This document shows, piece after piece, positions 26,250-37,197 of a DNA stretch of 64,000 bases (the stretch's first letter is position 1; every line of letters starts with the position of its first letter). Under the pieces are notes generated by a model. It made no database searches. It saw only the letters and a list, made by a program, of their open reading frames with translations, and was not told the DNA's origin. Source of the DNA: Gemmatimonadales bacterium (lineage in GTDB: Bacteria > Gemmatimonadota > Gemmatimonadetes > Longimicrobiales > Gaopeijiaceae). A program made the position numbers and the translations under genes. The stretch lies in NCBI GenBank assembly GCA_947499465.1, contig CANMOI010000004.1, positions 14,023-78,022 on the forward strand. Direction: 5' to 3'.

Positions 26250-26363
26250 TCGGTCCTCCCGCCTTCTGCCTGTGAGTTTGTCCGAAAAGATAACGGGTCT
26301 GCTAGACGAACCAACAAGGTAGGGTTGGCTAGGGGGCGGCGCTATTTTCTTCGTGGATTGTGC

Positions 26364-26394
26364 TTGACTAGATCAACTACTGGACCCAATCTAG
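26364..26394 (+). promoter_or_regulatory. candidate furA-katG promoter/operator
   Basis: TTGACT at 26364-26369 and an inverted repeat CTAGAT-N15-ATCTAG at 26368-26394 lie just upstream of GTG 26399. The -10 match is weak. Confidence 0.25.
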
Positions 26395-26398
26395 CCGC

Positions 26399-29040
<2,642 letters not shown>

Positions 29041-29080
29041 GTGGCGGGGCCCTCACGGCAGGTGCGGCGGCGCGCAGGCC

Positions 29081-29404
29081 GTGAGGGCTGGCGGGTTGGA
29101 AGGGTATGATCTCGGGGCCCACCGAGACATCACTGTCAGTGGACATCCAAAGCGCGTATGCGACATTTCCCAGGCCAAAGTCATGGCCGCGCTGGTGGCT
29201 GTAGGAAGATCGATCTTGCTTCCCTTCGGCGAGAACACTCGGTACGATTTGGTGATCGATGAAGGTGGCCGGTTCGTCAGACTCCAGTGCAAGACAGGCC
29301 CACTGCGCGCTCTTTGCGGGTTACTCCTCCTGCCAACGGTCAGCGGCGGTCGATTCGTTGGGCTGAGGAGTTCGAGCTCGGACGGGGCGCTTCTGCTCGG
29401 GTAG
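29081..29404 (+). pseudogene. 3'-degraded PD-(D/E)XK endonuclease (group-I-intron-associated type) remnant
   Basis: ISQAKVMAALVAVGRSILLPFGENTRYDLVIDEGGRFVRLQCKTG matches the N-terminal catalytic core of this family. After KTGPLR the sequence loses similarity and runs into the tRNA gene. GC is about 57% by hand count. Confidence 0.5.
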
Positions 29405-29467
29405 CTCAATTGGTAGAGCACCGCACTTGTAATGCGGAGGTTATGGGTTCAAGTCCCATCCTGAGCT
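29395..29467 (+). tRNA. tRNA-Thr (anticodon UGU)
   Basis: Folded by hand: acceptor GCTCGGG/CCTGAGC (one G.U), D arm GCTC/GAGC, anticodon stem CCGCA/TGCGG with loop CTTGTAA, T arm ATGGG-TTCAAGT-CCCAT. No encoded CCA. Confidence 0.9.
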
Positions 29468-29554
29468 CTTCGACGAGGAGAGGTCGCGGCTGACAGGCAG
29501 AGTCACCCCGACGACCGGATGACGCGATCGGGCTGACAGCACGCTCGGCCTGAA

Positions 29555-29598
29555 GACGAAAGCGGCCGCCCGATTCGTCGGGCGGCCGCTTCTTTTCG
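29555..29598. terminator. bidirectional intrinsic terminator
   Basis: GCGGCCGCCCG-ATTCGT-CGGGCGGCCGC is flanked by GAAGACGAAA upstream and TTCTTTTC downstream. Confidence 0.7.
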
Positions 29599-29626
29599 GG
29601 TCGGCCTGCGTCGCGCCGAGCCCCGA

Positions 29627-30109
29627 TCAGCGCTGCACCGCGACCGTGGAGATCAGGATCACACCCTGCGGAAAGCCGGTCCCGTAGCGCGTGGTCGCGT
29701 CCTGCGCGCTGAGATACTTCAGGCTCGTGACCTCGTTGGCCTTGATCGAGCGCAGCATGTCGAAGGGCTGCTTCAACTCGTTGAGGATGATACCGGGAGC
29801 GTCGGTGCCCGGGGTGGTGGAGATCGCGGAGCAGTTGCCACCCCGGCAACTCCCCGACACGCCTCCCTGTGCCGCGTTTCCCCCCCTGAAGCTGGTCGAG
29901 CCTCGTGACTTCATCCAGTTCGGGCGCAGCCGCTGGACCGCATCCAGCACGCTGCGCGCGCTGATCGTCGGATCGGCCAGCTCTTCGAGGCTGATCTCGT
30001 TCGCGGACTTCTTGACCCTAGTCGTCGCTTGAGCGCTCGCGAGAGCGGGCAGGTACGCGCACAGAAGGATGCCGAGAACCACCACCGAAGGTTTCTTCAC
30101 GGGAGCCAT
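29627..30109 (-). CDS. secreted stand-alone TonB-receptor-plug-like protein (160 aa)
   Basis: ATG at 30109. Signal peptide MAPVKKPSVVVLGILLCAYLPALASA. ARSVLDAVQRLRPNWM...VTSLKYLSAQDATTRYGTGFPQGVILIST resembles the Plug domain, but no barrel follows. Confidence 0.55.
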   Translation of the reverse strand: MAPVKKPSVVVLGILLCAYLPALASAQATTRVKKSANEISLEELADPTISARSVLDAVQRLRPNWMKSRGSTSFRGGNAAQGGVSGSCRGGNCSAISTTPGTDAPGIILNELKQPFDMLRSIKANEVTSLKYLSAQDATTRYGTGFPQGVILISTVAVQR

Positions 30110-30308
30110 CCTCTCGGTTCGAGTCAGGAACACCTGTGCCTCGTCCAACTCACCTGACGCTGGTCCCAATATGTGCTTTTTGTACCGACCCGGACAAAAG
30201 ACTGTTGCTGGCGAGGTGACCGAATAGATCCCGACGGCCGTAGCCGCCGGATCTTCCGGGACGGCTGGCCGTATTCAAGGCGTGACCCCAACAGCGAGGA
30301 ATGGCGGA

Positions 30309-30800
30309 ATGCGCATTAGCGGATCGACCGTTGTCCCGGCCCTCCTGCTCATCATTGGCTGCGGGGGGCCCGACGCGGGGAGCGTGGCCGAGGACCAGGC
30401 GCCCGTCATGGCCGCGGCGACCGCCAAACCCGTGACCCAGGTCTGGAAGGACCCGACCTGCGGCTGTTGTACGAGCTGGGTCGAGCGCCTGAGGGCGGCC
30501 GGGTATCCCGTCGAGGTGATGGACGTCGCGGATATCGAGGCGATCAAGCGGTCCAAGGGGATCCCGGGCCACCTGACCTCCTGCCATACCGCTCTGGTGG
30601 ACGGCTATCTCGTCGAGGGCCACGTCCCGGTGGCGGTGATCGACCGGATTCTCGCGGAGCGTCCGGAGGTGGCCGGAGTCGCGGTGCCGGGCATGCCGAT
30701 GGGATCCGAGGGAATGGAAATGCCGGGTGGCCAGGTTGACCACTACGACGTCGTCGCGTTCAAGGCGAACGGAGAGAGCTCGGTGTACGAGCGGCGGTGA
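30309..30800 (+). CDS. DUF411 (CopG-like) metal-binding lipoprotein
   Basis: Lipobox LLLIIGCGG. CGCCTSW...TSCHTALVDGYLVEGHVP...VPGMPMGSEGMEMPG. Confidence 0.85.
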   Translation: MRISGSTVVPALLLIIGCGGPDAGSVAEDQAPVMAAATAKPVTQVWKDPTCGCCTSWVERLRAAGYPVEVMDVADIEAIKRSKGIPGHLTSCHTALVDGYLVEGHVPVAVIDRILAERPEVAGVAVPGMPMGSEGMEMPGGQVDHYDVVAFKANGESSVYERR

Positions 30801-30884
30801 AGGGGCGGGACCCGGGATCTGCGCTTTTCGGCCCTGGGCGATAGTTTCCCGAGGTCCACTGGACGACCCCATCAGGAGCTCGTC

Positions 30885-31520
30885 ATGCCCGACACGAAAT
30901 GGATGATCAAGGCGCGTGAGTTCACGAACTGCAACTGCGCCTATGGCTGCCCGTGCCAGTTCAACGCGCTGCCGACCCACGGTGACTGTCAGGCGGTATC
31001 GGGCATGCAGATCGATACCGGTCATCACGGCGACACCAAGCTCGACGGCCTCCGCTCCGTCGGCATCTTTCGCTGGCCCGGTCCCATCCATCAGGGCAAG
31101 GGCGAGGCCGCGATCGTCATCGACGAGCGCGCGACTCCCGCGCAGCGAGCGGCGCTGCTCCGCATCCTGAGCGGTCAGGACACCAAGCCCGGTGCGACGA
31201 TCTTCCAGGTCTTCTCGACCACGCTGGTGAAGGTGCACGATCCGATCTTCGCGCCGATCGACTTCCAGGTGGACATCGATGCGCGGAAGGCGAAGCTGGT
31301 GGTGGCCGGCGTGGCGGAGGGGCGGGGCGAGCCGATCCTCAATCCGGTGACCGGCGCCGAGCACCGCGCGCGCATCGACCTGCCCAACGGCTTCGAGTAC
31401 ACGCTCGCGGAAATGGGTCGCGGCTGGACGAAGACCAAGGGACCGATCGAGCTCGACTTGTCGGATTCCTACGGTCAGTTCGCGCACGTCAATCTCTGCG
31501 AGACCGGGATCGTCCGCTAA
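30885..31520 (+). CDS. DUF1326 family protein
   Basis: N-terminal Cys cluster FTNCNCAYGCPCQF and overall DUF1326 collinearity. Confidence 0.8.
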   Translation: MPDTKWMIKAREFTNCNCAYGCPCQFNALPTHGDCQAVSGMQIDTGHHGDTKLDGLRSVGIFRWPGPIHQGKGEAAIVIDERATPAQRAALLRILSGQDTKPGATIFQVFSTTLVKVHDPIFAPIDFQVDIDARKAKLVVAGVAEGRGEPILNPVTGAEHRARIDLPNGFEYTLAEMGRGWTKTKGPIELDLSDSYGQFAHVNLCETGIVR

Positions 31521-31527
31521 GCCCTCG

Positions 31528-32352
31528 GTGGCCAGCTCCGTCGGTGCGGCGCTCGAAGGGGCGCTGAAGCGCGATCGCGCGCTCGTCATCGCCGCGCTCG
31601 GCGTGCTCACGCTCTCCTCCTGGCTCTATCTCTGGTGGCTCGCCTCGGACATGAGCGGTCCGAGCGCCATGGCCGGGATGGCCGGAATGGAGGGGATGAA
31701 GATGGCGGGCCCCCTGGCCGCCCCCGCCTTCGAGCCCTGGTCCGGTGCCGACTTCGGTTTCGCGTTCTCCATGTGGGCTGTGATGATGGTGGGGATGATG
31801 GCCCCCGCGGTGGCCCCTGTGATCCTCATCTACGCCCGCGTCGCCCGTCAGGCTTCGGAGCAAGGCCAGCCGTTCGCCGCGGCCGCGTGGTTCGCTGCTG
31901 GATACTTCATCGTGTGGTTCGCGTTCTCGCTGATCGCGACGCTGATGCAGTGGCTGCTCGAGCGCGCCGTCGTGCTGACCCCGATGCTGGCGAGCAACAG
32001 CGACCGGGTCGGCGGGCTGATCCTCGTCGCCGCCGGCGTCTATCAGTGGACGCCCCTCAAGAACGCCTGTCTCGCGGCGTGCCAATCGCCCTTCGCGTTC
32101 ATCCAGCGGTACGGCGGATTCCAGGGCGAGCCGCTGGCGTTGCTGAAGCTTGGAGCTCGACACGGCGCTTACTGCCTGGGGTGCTGCTGGGCGTTGATGG
32201 CGCTGCTCTTCGTCGGGGGCGTCATGAACCTGCTGTGGATCGCGGTCATCTCCCTGGTAGTGCTGCTGGAAAAGGCGGCCCTGCGCGGGGTGTGGCTTTC
32301 GCGGGTCGTCGGCGGAGTGGCGGTGCTGGCGGGAGTGTGGCTACTGGCGTAG
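31528..32352 (+). CDS. DUF2182 family integral membrane protein (predicted metal-binding)
   Basis: Met-rich loop MSGPSAMAGMAGMEGMKMAG. W.VMMVGMMAPAVAPV...YQWTPLKNACLAACQSPF...HGAYCLGCCWALMALLFVGGVMNLLWIA. Confidence 0.85.
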   Translation: MASSVGAALEGALKRDRALVIAALGVLTLSSWLYLWWLASDMSGPSAMAGMAGMEGMKMAGPLAAPAFEPWSGADFGFAFSMWAVMMVGMMAPAVAPVILIYARVARQASEQGQPFAAAAWFAAGYFIVWFAFSLIATLMQWLLERAVVLTPMLASNSDRVGGLILVAAGVYQWTPLKNACLAACQSPFAFIQRYGGFQGEPLALLKLGARHGAYCLGCCWALMALLFVGGVMNLLWIAVISLVVLLEKAALRGVWLSRVVGGVAVLAGVWLLA

Positions 32353-32493
32353 CGCGGCCGGTCCTCTGCGATCCTCCGTCCTACTCGTCCACGTCCACCC
32401 GGAGCATCGCCCCGATCCGCCCGGGCCCCTGCACATCGCTCGGTGCGACGATACGTTCCTGCAACCCACCGCAACGCCGAATACGCACAGGTC

Positions 32494-32751
32494 ATGCAAT
32501 CGACCGATAGGGACCTCCTCCAGTCTGGTGACGGCTCCTGTCAGTGTGGCTGGACCGATCCGCGAAACGGGATCAACTGGCACGTCCGGTTCACGGGCGA
32601 GTTTCCGCACGGTCTCGTCATCGCGTTCGGGCGCCCGGCCGAGTCGCGCGAGTACACCTTGAAGAACGCGTTCGGGCGGTGCTGCGATCGGCTCGAGGAC
32701 CACGAGCTCGCGGAGGTCCTGGATCTCGCGATCGATGCGGCGAAGTCCTGA
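32494..32751 (+). CDS. hypothetical Cys-containing protein (85 aa), weak call
   Basis: This is the only sizeable ORF in a 459-bp gap. GC3 is moderately high. There is no clear SD and no family. Confidence 0.3.
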   Translation: MQSTDRDLLQSGDGSCQCGWTDPRNGINWHVRFTGEFPHGLVIAFGRPAESREYTLKNAFGRCCDRLEDHELAEVLDLAIDAAKS

Positions 32752-32811
32752 CGCTCCATCGCCACGCGGCGTTGCCGTGCTTCTCACTCCCCCCCCGAAG
32801 GAGCAGTCCTG

Positions 32812-33924
32812 ATGAGTCACACCCGCTGGACCCTGCCGGCGCTCGCCACCGTGCTGTGCGCCACCGTGCTCGTGGTCCCGGTGGCCGGGCAGGAGAAGGG
32901 GGGCACCGACGACACCGGCCCCTACAGCGTCGTGCCCGGCTGGCTCAAGCCGGTCAAGGAAGGCTTCATCGAGAAGGGCGTCGCGGTGTTCGCGGAGAGC
33001 CCCGACCGCATTCTCATCGCGACCAGCGTCGAGTTTCCGGTCCCGACCCGCCCCTCCGGTCCCGGTTTCGCGGCGCCCGAGGGCTCGACCAACCGCGCTC
33101 TGATCACCGTCGTGGATCGGAACGGCAACGTGAAAGACGTCTGGACGCAGTGGGAGGGGCTCATGAATATGCCCCACTACGTGACGGAGAGCCCGTACGA
33201 TCCCGAGAAGGCGGTCTGGGTCATCTCCCGTGAGACCGACCAGATCTTCAAGTTCTCGAACGACGGCAAGCAGCTCCTCATGACGCTGGGCGTCGCGCGG
33301 AGCCTCATGCCCAAGAACGTGAACGGCCAGCCCACCACGCTCAGCGATGCGACCCACTTCGGCCGCCCGGCGAGCATGGCGTTCCTCCCCGACGGGTCGT
33401 TCTACGTGGCCGACGGCTACACGAACCGCCGCGTGGTGAAGTTCGACAAGAACGGGAAGTTCCTGATGGAGTGGGGCCGCGCAGGAACCGGCCCGGGCGA
33501 GTTCGCCGCGGTGGGCGAGGTGCACTCGATCGCGATCGACGCCGAGCGCCGCATCTACGTGGGTGACCGCGGCAACAAGCGGGTCCAGATCTTCGACGAG
33601 AACGGGAAGTATCTCGACGAGTGGGACAACATCCAGGGCCCGAGCGACCTCCACGCCACGGCGGACGGCTCCATCTGGGTCGTGTCCGGTGTCGGCAACC
33701 GTCTCGTCAAGTTCGACGCGAAGACGGGCGAGCGGAAAACCTATTGGGGCATGTACGGCACGCAGCCCGGCATGTTCGACAACCCGCACTTCATGAGCGT
33801 GGACTCGGAGGGCAACCTCTACGTCGCGATCTTCACGAATCAGCAGGTGGGGATCGAGAAGTACGTGCCTAGGCCGAACGCGGACAAGAGCCGGCTGATC
33901 GGACCGGACGTGAGGCTGAAGTAG
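32812..33924 (+). CDS. secreted NHL-repeat beta-propeller (PAL-like lyase family)
   Basis: Signal peptide present. Repeated YVADGYTNRRVVKFDKNGKF / YVGDRGNKRVQIFDENGKY NHL motifs. SD AAGGAG lies 5 nt upstream. Confidence 0.75.
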   Translation: MSHTRWTLPALATVLCATVLVVPVAGQEKGGTDDTGPYSVVPGWLKPVKEGFIEKGVAVFAESPDRILIATSVEFPVPTRPSGPGFAAPEGSTNRALITVVDRNGNVKDVWTQWEGLMNMPHYVTESPYDPEKAVWVISRETDQIFKFSNDGKQLLMTLGVARSLMPKNVNGQPTTLSDATHFGRPASMAFLPDGSFYVADGYTNRRVVKFDKNGKFLMEWGRAGTGPGEFAAVGEVHSIAIDAERRIYVGDRGNKRVQIFDENGKYLDEWDNIQGPSDLHATADGSIWVVSGVGNRLVKFDAKTGERKTYWGMYGTQPGMFDNPHFMSVDSEGNLYVAIFTNQQVGIEKYVPRPNADKSRLIGPDVRLK

Positions 33925-33934
33925 TCAGTAGGCG

Positions 33935-33983
33935 AAAAAAGAGAGCCGGCCCTCGAAGCACAGGGGGCCGGCTCTCCGATTTT
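33935..33983. terminator. bidirectional intrinsic terminator
   Basis: An A6 run, then GAGAGCCGGCCC - 10 nt - GGGGCCGGCTCTC, then CGATTTT. Confidence 0.7.
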
Positions 33984-33994
33984 GGTCAGATCGC

Positions 33995-34720
33995 TCAGCG
34001 CACGTAGAACCGATACTCCCCCGTCGCCTGCGTGGCTTCCCCGAACGGCACCGACGTGGAGCCTCGGACGCGCACTCGATAGGTGCCGGCCGAAAGGGTC
34101 TGCGTGACCTTGCTCACCCGCGGGAACCGCGTAGTCGATGAGACGCTGACGCAATTGGGCCGCGGTCAGCGTCGGCTCCTTCGCGAGGATGAGCGCCGCC
34201 ACGCCGGAGACGTGCGGGGCCGCCATGGAAGTGCCCTGGTAGTAGTCCCAGGTCTCGGAGTTGTCGCCGAAGTCCCACAGCGTCGAGAGGATCTGGTGCG
34301 TGTAACCACCCGCGCCGTTGCCCCCCGGTGCCGCGATGTCCACGGTCGAGCCCCAGCTCGAGAAGCTCGCGATGCCCCCGGTGGGCCCGACCGCGGACAC
34401 GCTCAGTACCTCGGGGAAGGCCGCCGGATAGTTCGGCTCGTTGCCGCCGTCGTTGCCCGCGGCCGCGATCAGGAGCGAGCCCGCGGCGCTCGCCGCCTGC
34501 ACCGCCGCAGTCAGCACAGCGGACGCCGGTCCAGGGCCGCCGAGACTCAGGTTGATGATCTGCGCGCGCGAGGGCGCGGTGACCGTCCCGCCCGCGCCGT
34601 ACGAGTGCGTCGCGCGGATCCCGTCGTCCACGATGTCCGCCTTCGGTTGCTGCCCAAGGCCCGGACCGGTACCCTGGCGGGGCCCCCCGGTGTAGAGCAG
34701 TTGGCTCCAGACCCGCACCC
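33995..34720 (-). pseudogene. S8 (subtilisin-family) peptidase remnant: 5'-truncated and frameshifted
   Basis: IINLSLGG, AAAGNDGG and GTSMAAPHVSG are present, but no Asp/His catalytic region lies upstream. The divergent DPP-IV gene starts at 34732. The C-terminal PPC-like tail KVTQTLSAGTYRVRVRGSTSVPFGEATQATGEYRFYVR* is in another frame, with the shift near 34105-34125. Confidence 0.7.
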
Positions 34721-34731
34721 GGAAGACGACC

Positions 34732-37011
34732 ATGAAGAACCGCCTCGGAAGCCTGCTCGCCCTCACCGCCCTCGCGGCGATCCTCGTGGCTGGCGCGGCC
34801 GTCGCGCCGCTGTCCGCGCAGCAGCCCGCGAAGCAGAAATTCGCGAGCATGGAGGAGGCCCTGATCACTGCCGGCATCCTGCGCGGCCGCACCGGTCCGG
34901 CGAGCGTGAAATGGATCGACGGCGGGCTCCGCTTCTCGTATACGCTCACGAATCCGACCTCCCGCCAGGAGGAGATCCGGCGCTACGACCCGGCCACGCT
35001 CAAGGACGACGTCCTTTTCCAGGCGCGTGACCTCAAGCTGCCCGGCACCGCGCAGCCGCTCGCATACGAGTCGTTCCAGTGGGCCATGGATTCGCGCAAC
35101 CTCGTCTTCCAGACCGACTTCCGTCCCATCTACCGGAACTCGGGGGTCTCGGACTTCTACGTCTACCCGCTGGCCGACAAGAGCATCAAGCTGGCTGCGG
35201 ACGATGCGCGCACCGCGGAGCTCTCGCCCGACGGGACCAGGCTCGGATACGAGCGAGGCGGCGATCTGTTCTCGTACGACTTGAGCACCGCGCAGGAGCG
35301 TCGGCTCACCACGGGTGGCAGCGACTCGATCTTCGCAGGTGTCTTCGACTGGGTCTACGAGGAGGAGTTCGGGCAGACGCAGGCGTGGCGCTGGTCGCCC
35401 GACAGCCGGAAGGTCGCGTTCTGGCAGACCGACGAGCGCGGCGTGCCGACGATCCAGATCACGGACTACGAGGGGAAGCATCCCGAGTGGGTGAGCATCG
35501 CCTACCCCAAGGTCGGCGATCACAATCCCACCGTGCGCATCGGTGTCGCGGACGTGAACGGCGGCGAGCCTCGCTGGCTGGATGTCGGCGAGTCCGGGGA
35601 GTTCTACGTTCCCCGCATCTACTGGACCGCCCTCAAGGACACGCTCGCCGTCACCACGCTCAACCGCACCCAGAACGACTTCAAGGTCTACCTGTTCGAC
35701 GTGAACACGGGCGGCAAGAGGCTGCTGTTCGAGGAGAAGTCGAACGCCTGGATCGACGTGTTCGATTTCTTCGCCGACATCCAGGACTACCTCTATTTCC
35801 CCGAGGGTACGCGCGACGTCCTCTGGATCTCGGACCGCGACGGGCGGCAGCACGTCTACCGCTACGACTACACCGGGAAGCTCGTCAATCAGGTGACCCA
35901 GGGCCCGTGGGTCGTGACGCGCGTCGAGGGCGTCGATCCGCAGTCGAAGACGATCTACTACACGTCCACCGAGGCCTCGCCACTGGAGCGGCAGCTCTAC
36001 TCGATCAAGTTCGACGGAACCGGCAAGAAGCGGCTGACCCAGAGCCGCGGCCACCACTCGGTCGACATGTCGCCGAACGGAAAGTTCTACATCGATAGAT
36101 GGTCGAACGTGGAGCAGCCCACGCAGGTCGAGCTCTGGTCCTCGGCGGGGAAGAAGCTCGCCACGCTCGAGGACAACGGTCCGACCACGCAGTGGCTCCA
36201 GACCCACGCGTACTCGCCGCTGGAGCCCTTCCGCTTCACCACCGCGGACGGCGTCCAGCTCGACGGCTCGATGATCAAGCCGCCCGATTTCAATCCTGCG
36301 CAGCAGTATCCCGTTCTGATCTCGATCTACGGCGGACCCGGGTCGCAGCAGGTGTACGACGAATTCGAGAGCGACGGATACAACCAGTATCTCGCGCAGC
36401 AGGGCTACATCGTGGTCGGCCTGAACAACCGCGGCTCGGGGAACTACGGCCGCGACTTCATGGAGATCGTCTACCAGCGCCTGGGCGAATGGGAGAGCCA
36501 CGACTTCGCCGAGGTCGCCAGGTACCTGGGCTCCCAGCCGTACGTGGACAAGGCGCGGATCGGCATCCAGGGCACCAGCTACGGCGGATACAGCACCATC
36601 TACACGATGCTGCGCTATCCCGAGCTGTTCGCGCTCGGCATCGCGAACTCGCCGGTGACCGACTGGAGGCTGTACGACACGATCTATACGGAGCGCTACA
36701 TGGGCCTGCTCTCGGCCAACGAGAAGGGATACGACGGCAGCTCGACGATCCCGCTGGCCAAACGGCTCCAGGGGCATCTCCTGCTCATCCATTCCGCCAT
36801 GGACGAGAACGTCCATGCCCAAAACACCTTCCAGCTCCTGACCGCGCTCACCACGGCGGGCAAGGACGCCGATTTCCGGTTCTATCCTCCCGGGGCCCAC
36901 GGGGCCGCCTTCGACCGGAACAGCTTCATCACGATGAACGAGGTCTACGAGAACACCCTGTGCGAGTATCTCGCGAAGACCTGCGCTCCGAAGGACCTGA
37001 ACAAGCCCTGA
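34732..37011 (+). CDS. dipeptidyl-peptidase IV (S9B family)
   Basis: Signal peptide, DPPIV N-terminal propeller, and C-terminal GTSYGGYST nucleophile elbow. Confidence 0.9.
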   Translation: MKNRLGSLLALTALAAILVAGAAVAPLSAQQPAKQKFASMEEALITAGILRGRTGPASVKWIDGGLRFSYTLTNPTSRQEEIRRYDPATLKDDVLFQARDLKLPGTAQPLAYESFQWAMDSRNLVFQTDFRPIYRNSGVSDFYVYPLADKSIKLAADDARTAELSPDGTRLGYERGGDLFSYDLSTAQERRLTTGGSDSIFAGVFDWVYEEEFGQTQAWRWSPDSRKVAFWQTDERGVPTIQITDYEGKHPEWVSIAYPKVGDHNPTVRIGVADVNGGEPRWLDVGESGEFYVPRIYWTALKDTLAVTTLNRTQNDFKVYLFDVNTGGKRLLFEEKSNAWIDVFDFFADIQDYLYFPEGTRDVLWISDRDGRQHVYRYDYTGKLVNQVTQGPWVVTRVEGVDPQSKTIYYTSTEASPLERQLYSIKFDGTGKKRLTQSRGHHSVDMSPNGKFYIDRWSNVEQPTQVELWSSAGKKLATLEDNGPTTQWLQTHAYSPLEPFRFTTADGVQLDGSMIKPPDFNPAQQYPVLISIYGGPGSQQVYDEFESDGYNQYLAQQGYIVVGLNNRGSGNYGRDFMEIVYQRLGEWESHDFAEVARYLGSQPYVDKARIGIQGTSYGGYSTIYTMLRYPELFALGIANSPVTDWRLYDTIYTERYMGLLSANEKGYDGSSTIPLAKRLQGHLLLIHSAMDENVHAQNTFQLLTALTTAGKDADFRFYPPGAHGAAFDRNSFITMNEVYENTLCEYLAKTCAPKDLNKP

Positions 37012-37140
37012 CCTGCCATTTTTGCGAGCCCCGGAGGGAGGACAGCGCCCTCGAGAGCTCCCCGGTCCCTTTCCAGGGGTGCCCCGCCTCCCTTGCTCCC
37101 TTCCGGAGCCAGGGTTAGTTTGCAAAGCTCATTTCTGGAC

Positions 37141-37163
37141 AAGGCCTGAGAAGGCCTTTTTTG
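37141..37163 (+). terminator. intrinsic terminator upstream of the tRNA cluster
   Basis: AAGGCC-TGAGAA-GGCCTT followed by TTTTG. Confidence 0.5.
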
Positions 37164-37197
37164 TCGTTGTCGTGAGTGGAGGCCAAGAGGTGTTCGG

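Noticed and set aside
37026-37112. Possible structured 3' UTR or ncRNA after DPP-IV (CCGGAGGGAGG pairing with CCTCCC or CTCCCTTCCGG)
   Set aside because: The pairings are short, purine/pyrimidine-tract driven and ambiguous. There is no terminator or promoter framing beyond the hairpin at 37141, so the support is insufficient.
34114-37125. 1003-aa ORF on the minus strand
   Set aside because: It is entirely antisense to the well-supported DPP-IV gene and the S8 remnant. Its Arg/Gly/Asp/Leu-rich composition is typical of shadow ORFs in high-GC DNA, and it has no recognisable domain.
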